From assembly GCA_021771695.1 (NCBI GenBank), contig JAETON010000008.1:8089-72088 (forward strand): a stretch of 64,000 nucleotides of DNA. The letters run 5' to 3'. The notes under the pieces are model-generated. The model worked only from the letters and a program-made list of their open reading frames with translations, was not told where the DNA came from and searched no databases. This document shows positions 57,175-64,000 of this stretch, piece by piece. This stretch comes from Lachnospiraceae bacterium (GTDB taxonomy: Bacteria > Bacillota > Clostridia > Lachnospirales > Lachnospiraceae). The first letter of the stretch is position 1, and each line of letters begins with the position of its first letter. Position numbers and translations under genes: made by a program.

Positions 57175-58191
57175 TCATACTTTTTCAAGACAACCGTGTC
57201 CTCGGCAAAGTACACTTTTCCCCTCTATAAACTCATATTCTACAATCTGTTTTTTAGAAACCGGGTCGCCTTTTATCATTTTTAATATGGTTTCTGCCCC
57301 CAAATATCCCATGCCATAAGAATCAAATTTCAAAGTGGTTAATTCCGGCGTCAACAAACTGCTTTCATCATATCCCCCAAAACCAGCTACCGACACATCT
57401 TCTGGTATTTTATATCCTTTTTTCTGTAAAATTTTATAAGCCCCAAAAGCAAGACGGTCTGTTGCACAAATAATTGCATCTACATCTTCCGCCTTTTCCA
57501 AAATTTCTCTTGTGTTTTTTTGCCCTCCAATAAAACTATAGTCGCTTTTAGCAGTAATAATATCTGTAATCCCATATTCCGCTAACCCGTCAAATACTCC
57601 CTGTTTTCTGCGGATCCCAACTGCTTCATCCGTCTCATAAACTCCAATATATCCAACTTTTTTATGTCCCGTTTTTCCTATGTACCTTCCAATATACCTC
57701 CCTGCATGATAATCATCATCAATAATAGAGATTCCTTCTTCATAATCCTGTGCAAGAACAACAACCGGTATCTGTGCTTCTTCAAATATTTTTTTATGTT
57801 CTTTTGTTACTGTAATTGCACTAACCAAAATTCCATCTACATTCTGATTAATCAGCCATTGAATATTCTGAAGTTCCAGATCAATGTCATGATCAGAATT
57901 CTTAATCAGAGTTGTATAATCCCGGTCTCTTAAATATCGGTCAATACTGGTCATGACACGACTGGCAATCTTCGAATTCAAAGTCGGTACAACGACTCCG
58001 ATTACCTTGCTTTTTTTTGCTTTTAATCTCGCAAATGCATTTGGCTCATAGTTATATTCCTCAATCACTTTTTGTATTTTTTCTTTCGTTGTCTGTTTCA
58101 CATAACCACCGTTAAAATAACGGGAAACGGTACTTTTTCCAACTCCAGATAACTCTGCAATATCCGCCATTGTCATTTTCTGTTTTCCCAT
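57175..58191 (-). CDS. scrR: LacI-family repressor, ScrR-like
   Basis: 'TMADIA.LSGV.KSTVSRYFNGGYV', typical of Firmicute sucrose repressors; LacI-type operators sit at scrA. Confidence 0.75.
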   Translation of the reverse strand: MGKQKMTMADIAELSGVGKSTVSRYFNGGYVKQTTKEKIQKVIEEYNYEPNAFARLKAKKSKVIGVVVPTLNSKIASRVMTSIDRYLRDRDYTTLIKNSDHDIDLELQNIQWLINQNVDGILVSAITVTKEHKKIFEEAQIPVVVLAQDYEEGISIIDDDYHAGRYIGRYIGKTGHKKVGYIGVYETDEAVGIRRKQGVFDGLAEYGITDIITAKSDYSFIGGQKNTREILEKAEDVDAIICATDRLAFGAYKILQKKGYKIPEDVSVAGFGGYDESSLLTPELTTLKFDSYGMGYLGAETILKMIKGDPVSKKQIVEYEFIEGKSVLCRGHGCLEKV

Positions 58192-58207
58192 AAGTTCTCC
58201 TTTTCCA

Positions 58208-59542
58208 TTATAAAGAAATCAAATGATAATCAATGTCTGCTTTCTCTAAAATTTTCAGCATTTCCTGACGGCAGGTAAATAAAAATACCTGTCTTGTATT
58301 TTTTGTATCCAAATATAATAATGTTTTTTGAATTCTTTCCTCATCATAATTTCCAAAAACATCATCTAAAAACAACGGAAATCCATCTTCCGCATATAAA
58401 AGTTCTGCTGCTGAAAGACGCAATGCAAAATAAAGCTGTTCCATGGTTCCATTGCTTAAATATTTCATATCAATATAATCAAAGTCTTTTTTTACCATAA
58501 AATTCATCGAAGCATCCATAACTGCATTTTGATAACTGCCGCCAGTCATCGTCAAAAAAATTTCCGAGAGTTTTTCATTTAATTCTTCTCCAAAAGTTTT
58601 CTGAATATTTTCTGCGGCAGTTTCAATTGCTTTGACTGCCTGTTCCATAGCATAAATTTCCTGTTCTGCTTCTTTTCTCTGCTTAAGACTTTGCTGATAC
58701 TGCTGTTTTAGCTGATCTTGCTGATCTCTTTTCTCCAGTAAATGTTTTTTATTTAACTGTACAATTTCCAGTTGATGAAGAATTTCTCTCCTTTGCATAG
58801 ATTCTTCGTCCACCCCAAACATTTTTTTAATAAATAATAGAATTCTCTGGAATATGGAATAAGTTTTTTCTTCTGATAACTTTTTCTCTAATCTTTCTTC
58901 TTCTCTCTGATATTTCTCTAATTCTTCTGACGAAAATGAGAATTCCAGCAAACGCTGTCTCAGCTGAATAGTCTTTGTAAAAATTGGATCTTTTTTTCGC
59001 TGTCTCCGTTTGAGTTTCAAATATTCCACAGCCTTCCCAATATCCAGCTTCGCGTCTTGGCTTCGGCTTAAATTTGCCATAGAGTTCTTCAATATTTGCT
59101 GCATTTCCCTTCCTGTACGAATATCCATCTGCGTCATAGATACTGTATTTTCAAATGCATCTTTGGAGCTTTGAAACAACACATTCTCCAATGTTTGACT
59201 ATACAGAGGAATTTCTTCCATTGTTTTTTCCCGAAACAAACGCACTTCCTGCTGCCCTGCCAAAAAATCTCTTTGAATTCTCCATGTTTCTCCATCATGA
59301 CATAAAACCATCGTTCCACCGTATTTTCCACCGTGTATCGGAATATATCTGCTGTAAACATCATTTCTTGCTGCCAAACCACGCCCTTTTTCTAAGCCAA
59401 ACAGCATCGCAATCATAAACTGCCGAAGTGTTGTTTTTCCCGCTTCATTTTTTCCGTAAATCACCTGAATTCCATTTGACAAATATGTATGATAATTATG
59501 AAATTTTCCAAATCCATCGATCGATATTTCTTGAATCCTCAT
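58208..59542 (-). CDS. YhaN/SbcC-like coiled-coil ATPase
   Basis: 'GFGKF', 'YGKNEAGKTT', coiled coil, 'LSNGT.EQLYFALR', 'LFLDD.F.NYD'. Confidence 0.85.
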   Translation of the reverse strand: MRIQEISIDGFGKFHNYHTYLSNGIQVIYGKNEAGKTTLRQFMIAMLFGLEKGRGLAARNDVYSRYIPIHGGKYGGTMVLCHDGETWRIQRDFLAGQQEVRLFREKTMEEIPLYSQTLENVLFQSSKDAFENTVSMTQMDIRTGREMQQILKNSMANLSRSQDAKLDIGKAVEYLKLKRRQRKKDPIFTKTIQLRQRLLEFSFSSEELEKYQREEERLEKKLSEEKTYSIFQRILLFIKKMFGVDEESMQRREILHQLEIVQLNKKHLLEKRDQQDQLKQQYQQSLKQRKEAEQEIYAMEQAVKAIETAAENIQKTFGEELNEKLSEIFLTMTGGSYQNAVMDASMNFMVKKDFDYIDMKYLSNGTMEQLYFALRLSAAELLYAEDGFPLFLDDVFGNYDEERIQKTLLYLDTKNTRQVFLFTCRQEMLKILEKADIDYHLISL

Positions 59543-59543
59543 C

Positions 59544-60578
59544 TTAATTCTCCTTGGATGCAGATAAAGCCTCCATAGCATAGGAAAGTGCCTGCGGCTG
59601 GTCTTTCAAAATTTCTGCAACATTTTGCACCAATAAATCATCCTCTTTTGATAATCGTGCATAGTCCCACTGACTTTCTGTTTGATACTCAATTCCGGAA
59701 ATATAATACTTTTCCTCCAGTCTTTCAAAATCCGGAGAAATCATAGCATCTTTTGTTCCATACAAAATAATATGATGAATATTTTCTTCCCCGCAATACC
59801 TGATTTCATTCTCCATTCGATCCAGAATTTCTTCCCCGCTCATATCTTCCGTGATGCAAACTTCGGTTTCCATATATTTTCGTTTTGAAAACGGAAGAAA
59901 CGAAATCACTTGTTTTTCCTCTGTAATTTCTCCCTCGATGAAACCATGTGCTCCCGTTTCCGTTGAGTCGATTGGTTCCAAGGAACCCGCATACGCCATC
60001 AAATCTTCATATATAACCTCTGGCTTATGAATATGTCCCAAAGCAATATAATCAAATCCTGACCATTTCAACGCTTCTCTGTTCATCGGGATATGCATTT
60101 CATCTCCTCCATGAGCAAGCAATATCTGAATACCATCCTTTTCTGTTGGTTTTACATCATCATACAAAGATTCTTGAATCATATCATTCCAATAGCTAAA
60201 ACCATAGATCGTTGTATCCAAATCTTGAAAAAAGACTTTGTCCATGACAGAACTCTTTAAAAATATAGTATTTGATTGAAATTCATAATCTTCCAATGTG
60301 CAGCCTCTTTTTAAATAATCATGATTTCCAGCAATCCATACTACTCTGGCATTGGATAATTTGGATAAAATATAATCTACTTCTTTGATATCCTGATAAG
60401 AAGGCGGTTTATGAAAAAAGTCTCCAGAAATAAGCAGCAAATCTATCTGCCGTTCATTTACATAGGCAATTACTCTTTGAAACGTCTCCTTGATTTCCTT
60501 TTCCCGAAGAACTCCCCATGGCTTATCTCTATCTGGTCTTGCTCCCCAGTGAACATCTGCAATATGAACAAATTTCAA
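59544..60578 (-). CDS. YhaO/SbcD-like metallophosphoesterase (DNA repair nuclease)
   Basis: 'H.AD.H', 'SGDFF', 'GNHD', 'AHGGD', 'DYIALGHIH', 'YAGSLEP'. Confidence 0.9.
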   Translation of the reverse strand: MKFVHIADVHWGARPDRDKPWGVLREKEIKETFQRVIAYVNERQIDLLLISGDFFHKPPSYQDIKEVDYILSKLSNARVVWIAGNHDYLKRGCTLEDYEFQSNTIFLKSSVMDKVFFQDLDTTIYGFSYWNDMIQESLYDDVKPTEKDGIQILLAHGGDEMHIPMNREALKWSGFDYIALGHIHKPEVIYEDLMAYAGSLEPIDSTETGAHGFIEGEITEEKQVISFLPFSKRKYMETEVCITEDMSGEEILDRMENEIRYCGEENIHHIILYGTKDAMISPDFERLEEKYYISGIEYQTESQWDYARLSKEDDLLVQNVAEILKDQPQALSYAMEALSASKEN

Positions 60579-60692
60579 ATCATCACCTTCTTCTATTTCT
60601 TTTCTGTTTTTTATTTTAACATAGGCTTATTTAATATAAAAGAGGATACAGCCCAAACTGTATCCTCAAAATTCTTCTTTGTCAATTTTTTC

Positions 60693-61676
60693 TTATTGTG
60701 CAGCAACCGTTTTACTGCTTGTATTTTCTTCTTTTTTGTTATCTTTATGCAAAAAGAATCCTGCCAATAAAGTTCCTGAAATAGAATGCCATACACAAGA
60801 TACTGCACTAATCATTGCTGCCTGCGGTGCAGATGCAAAATGTGCCGTTGCAAGGTTTGTCGCAAGCCCTGCATTCTGCATTCCAACCTCGATGGAAATG
60901 GTACGTCTTTTGGCTGTGGACATTCCAGTCAAACGTCCTACAGTATATCCTAGCAAATATCCTAAGCCGTTATGTAATAATACTGCAGCAAAAATAACAA
61001 CCCCTGAAGTAAAGAAATGAGAACCTTGCAAAGCAATGACACCGCCCACAATTAATGCAAGCCCGATCACTGATACCCCCGGCATCACCTGCTGAACCTC
61101 TTTAAATGTTTTCTTTTCTCCTAAAAATTCATTTAATAAAAAACCAATTAGCACTGGTCCTAATACGGATTTCACGATGGACAAAAACATCGCTCCTGCC
61201 TGTACCTCAATTCTAGCTCCTGCTAAAAACAAAACCAGCATTGGTGTCATAATTGGTGACAATAATGTGGATGCTGTTGTCATTCCAACAGAAAATGGAA
61301 CATCCCCATGACATAAATAAGACATAATATTGGATGAAACCCCTCCCGGACAAGAACCAACCAAAATCAAACCAATGGCAATTTCGTTTGGCAGACGCAA
61401 CAGTATAGACAACCCATATGCCAAAAACGGCATAATCAAAAATTGTGCTGCAGCTCCAATAAAAATATCCAATGGACGCTGTGCAAGAATTTTAAAATCC
61501 TCTTTTGTTAATGTCAGCCCCATACTGAACATAATCACACCTAAAATCATGGACTGATTATTCCCTTGTACCCAAGAAAATGCTCCCGGAATAAAAAAAG
61601 CAATCACTGCAATTAAAATCACAAACACAGAAGTTCTTTTTGACAATAACTGACTTACTTTTTGTAATGTCTTCAC
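60693..61676 (-). CDS. Bile acid:sodium symporter (BASS) family transporter
   Basis: 'MFSMGLTL', 'QF.IMP', 'GSCPGG.SSN', 'EVGMQN.GLA'. Confidence 0.9.
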   Translation of the reverse strand: MKTLQKVSQLLSKRTSVFVILIAVIAFFIPGAFSWVQGNNQSMILGVIMFSMGLTLTKEDFKILAQRPLDIFIGAAAQFLIMPFLAYGLSILLRLPNEIAIGLILVGSCPGGVSSNIMSYLCHGDVPFSVGMTTASTLLSPIMTPMLVLFLAGARIEVQAGAMFLSIVKSVLGPVLIGFLLNEFLGEKKTFKEVQQVMPGVSVIGLALIVGGVIALQGSHFFTSGVVIFAAVLLHNGLGYLLGYTVGRLTGMSTAKRRTISIEVGMQNAGLATNLATAHFASAPQAAMISAVSCVWHSISGTLLAGFFLHKDNKKEENTSSKTVAAQ

Positions 61677-61801
61677 TACACTTCATCTCCTTTATATTGT
61701 ATTCAGTATTCTCAATTTTCTACTATACTACTTCTAAAAGGAAATTTCCAGTATAATATAAATTTTCAACTAACCATAAGATAATAAAATTTTTTTCATC
61801 T

Positions 61802-63202
61802 TTATACCAAATATCGAAATCCTTGTATCACATAAGATAAAATCCCAATGAACCGTCCTTTTTTGGAAACCAATCCCCTTTCCCTTACTTTTTGATTTTT
61901 CTGATATTCTCCTTTATCATCTACTGCCAATGATCCGTTTTTTAAATCATTTAACTTATCCTCCAATTGCTTGGTAATTTCTTTTCCATGGACAACCAAC
62001 ATTGTTTCTGTATCCACATAGGTACTGCGGCAGTCAAAATTATAAGAACCTACTACTGCAATATCATCATCAATCACTAAAGATTTCCCATGGGTTGAAT
62101 GTTTTCCCATATATTCATATATCTCAACTCCTGTATCCACAATCTTCTGCTTATTTTTTTTATAATCTGCTGACGCACAAATATTATCTCCAGATGCAAT
62201 CGAATTTAAAATCATTTTTGTATCCGGTACCTTTTTTTGAACTTCTTCCATCCCCTCATACATTTCATCTGAAAATACTGCATATGGTGTGTGAATCAAC
62301 ACCCGCTTATCGGCATTCAGCATCAATTGTTTCATCGTTTCCCACACATATGGTTCTTTTCCGTAAATATGCGTTGGATTTGTAACAAGTGTTGTTTTTT
62401 TTGTTGGAACTGTCTGCTTTTCATAATCAAATGCCGGAACATTCAACTGTCTTTCATGTTTTATAAGTTTTTCAATTTCTCCAGACCGCTTCTTTTTTGA
62501 CCATCTGTCAAACTTCGATTGGCAGACATCTAAATTCCAAACTTCTCGGAAATATGTTTTTACCTGCCCCACAGCACTCTCTGATTCTTTCCCGGTATTA
62601 TATATCAGTATTTCCCGATCCAGTCCCATACTGCTGTTTTCCCGATTTTTTAAAAAATAATCAAACGTATTTCTTCCGCCCATCAAAAGATACTTGCTGT
62701 CTGTAATCAAATATTTATCATGCAGACATCCATGAATCGTCCACGGCTTCAACAAATTCGGCGTGTTATAAAATCGTATTTCTACGTTTGGTTCACTTCC
62801 TGCTGCCTGAAATATAACTTTTCCATTCATATGCAAAGTTCCATAAAGTCCATCTACTAAAATCTTTACTTTCACCCCGCGTTTTGCAGCCACTGTCAAT
62901 GCAGAAAATATATCTGTGGTACTGCTGCCCTCCCGAATATCAAATGTTGATAAAATAATTTCTTTTTTGGCATTTCTTATCATCGAAAGCCGTAGATTCA
63001 GTGCTTCTTGATTATCTTCGATAATTTTTGCCCGGTCTGGTCCATTTCCCTCAGAATTATTATAAAAAGATTGAATGTCAATTTCTTTTTTATGCTCTGG
63101 ACTGACAGATTTCATATGTACAAAAGGTGCCAGCATTCCAACTACAAAATAAATCACATAGATCAAAAGTATCAAAACAACAATTTTTATTTTCTTTTTC
63201 AT
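61802..63202 (-). CDS. Phospholipase D family protein (cardiolipin synthase ClsC-like)
   Basis: Two HxKxxxxD motifs (HDKYLITD, HGKSLVID), 'GGRN', 'GSYNFD.RS...TE'; N-terminal TM segment. Confidence 0.88.
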   Translation of the reverse strand: MKKKIKIVVLILLIYVIYFVVGMLAPFVHMKSVSPEHKKEIDIQSFYNNSEGNGPDRAKIIEDNQEALNLRLSMIRNAKKEIILSTFDIREGSSTTDIFSALTVAAKRGVKVKILVDGLYGTLHMNGKVIFQAAGSEPNVEIRFYNTPNLLKPWTIHGCLHDKYLITDSKYLLMGGRNTFDYFLKNRENSSMGLDREILIYNTGKESESAVGQVKTYFREVWNLDVCQSKFDRWSKKKRSGEIEKLIKHERQLNVPAFDYEKQTVPTKKTTLVTNPTHIYGKEPYVWETMKQLMLNADKRVLIHTPYAVFSDEMYEGMEEVQKKVPDTKMILNSIASGDNICASADYKKNKQKIVDTGVEIYEYMGKHSTHGKSLVIDDDIAVVGSYNFDCRSTYVDTETMLVVHGKEITKQLEDKLNDLKNGSLAVDDKGEYQKNQKVRERGLVSKKGRFIGILSYVIQGFRYLV

Positions 63203-63247
63203 AATATGTCCTTGTCCTTACTCTATTGTATTTCAATATTATAGCAC

Positions 63248-63285
63248 AAAAAAAATCATTGCACGAATCTTACCTCGTGCAATGA
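63248..63285 (-). terminator. Terminator after the surface protein
   Basis: TCATTGCACGA / TCGTGCAATGA with a T-run on the minus strand. Confidence 0.7.
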
Positions 63286-63297
63286 CCTGCATAAATC

Positions 63298-63999
63298 TTA
63301 TTTTATTACTTTAATCGTTGTATACACTTTTTTGCCTTTGACTGTTTTATAACCCTGTAACTTGAACGTATAAGATTTTCCAACTTTAGCATTCTTATTT
63401 GTGTATGTAATGGTTCCGCCTTTCTTCGTTGTCTTTACTTTTTTATAAGAACCTTTTCCAACTTTTACATAAACTACATATCCTTCATAACCAGAAATGT
63501 TTTTGTAGGTAACTTTTACTGTCTTCTTTCCATTTTTTCCTTTTGCCTTATATGCCTTATAATATTTCTTAACTGTTTTTCCTTTTTTCTTTACATTCTT
63601 ATAAGGTTTTACTTTAAATTTATAAGAAGCTCCTGATGTTACTGTAACAGTCTTGGAAGTTACTTTGCCGACAGTCTTAATCTTTTTATATTTTCCATTT
63701 CCTGCTTTCGCATAGATAACATATCCTTTTGCTCCTGATTTCTTCTTCCATGACACTTTGATTTTTCTTGTAGAAGTTTTCTTGTAAGTCGGCTTTTTCT
63801 GGGTCGGTTTTGTTGTTCCTGTTGCTGCAATGACTGTATCTTCTTTTTTAATTTCTTTTGTTAATTCTGCATCTGCGAAATATTTTCCACAATCTGCACA
63901 ATACCAGTATTCAATGTTTCCGGCCTGAGCCGCTGTTGGAGCTTTTGCTTCCGTTTTGACTGCTTTATGCTGATGTTTTGTTGTTACTTCACCATTAGC
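63298..63999 (-). CDS. C-terminus of a large cell-surface protein (FN3-like Lys-rich domains); 5' end outside the window
   Basis: The frame stays open upstream of the track's start to the window edge: ...HQHKAVKTEAKAPTAAQAGNIEYWYCADCGKYFAD...IKVSWKKKSGAKGYVIY... Confidence 0.8.
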   Translation of the reverse strand, partial: ANGEVTTKHQHKAVKTEAKAPTAAQAGNIEYWYCADCGKYFADAELTKEIKKEDTVIAATGTTKPTQKKPTYKKTSTRKIKVSWKKKSGAKGYVIYAKAGNGKYKKIKTVGKVTSKTVTVTSGASYKFKVKPYKNVKKKGKTVKKYYKAYKAKGKNGKKTVKVTYKNISGYEGYVVYVKVGKGSYKKVKTTKKGGTITYTNKNAKVGKSYTFKLQGYKTVKGKKVYTTIKVIK

Positions 64000-64000
64000 A

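Noticed and set aside
49990-57175. Target-site duplication flanking the 7-kb catabolic block
   Set aside because: Only terminator hairpins were found at the ends, with no shared direct repeat; insertion remains an inference from gene order.
15-63244. The many plus-strand ORFs in the track (e.g. 28539-29045, 49218-49697, 31501-32004)
   Set aside because: They lie antisense to well-supported minus-strand genes, lack RBSs and show no protein motifs. Only 30922-31473 and 55933-57126 are accepted.
1-64000. CRISPR array, tRNA, rRNA, integrase or transposase
   Set aside because: No regularly spaced repeat-spacer units, cloverleaf or rRNA-like sequence, and no recombinase or DDE motifs were seen by eye. 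A tool scan could still find short elements.

Overview
A ~64 kb chromosomal window from a low-GC, spore-forming Firmicute; gene content and style suggest Lachnospiraceae (inference). Almost every gene is on the minus strand. Only an HD-domain hydrolase (30922-31473) and an M20 amidohydrolase-like gene (55933-57126) are on plus, and the other plus-strand ORFs in the track are antisense shadows. Backbone functions: a cobalamin-riboswitch-controlled ECF transporter, sporulation genes (PdaB-like deacetylase, amidase, cotJABC), rmlBACD, trkAH, putP, a PadR/DUF1700/DUF4097/PspC operon, tyrA-aroA, a 2-aminoethylphosphonate operon (phnWX + ABC), a sucrose operon (scrABK, with scrR 7 kb away), yhaON-like genes, a BASS symporter and a phospholipase D. 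Accessory or unusual parts: (i) a decayed mobile/defence island at ~4.6-6.8 kb (hsdM skeleton, PBECR-like nuclease remnant, primase-like stub) in which only a HipA-like kinase is intact; (ii) a two-gene AT-rich cassette (secreted protein + unannotated 50-aa membrane protein) bracketed by a perfect 13-bp inverted repeat; (iii) two tandem, divergent archaeal-type LeuCD/HacAB pairs with no pathway partners nearby; (iv) a polyol-PTS/deoC operon eroded by several internal deletions; (v) a 7-kb amino-acid-derivative catabolic block with an attenuator-like leader and an M20 homolog that has lost metal ligands. No rRNA, tRNA, CRISPR array, integrase or intact transposase was recognised. All family assignments come from motif recognition by eye, not from database searches.
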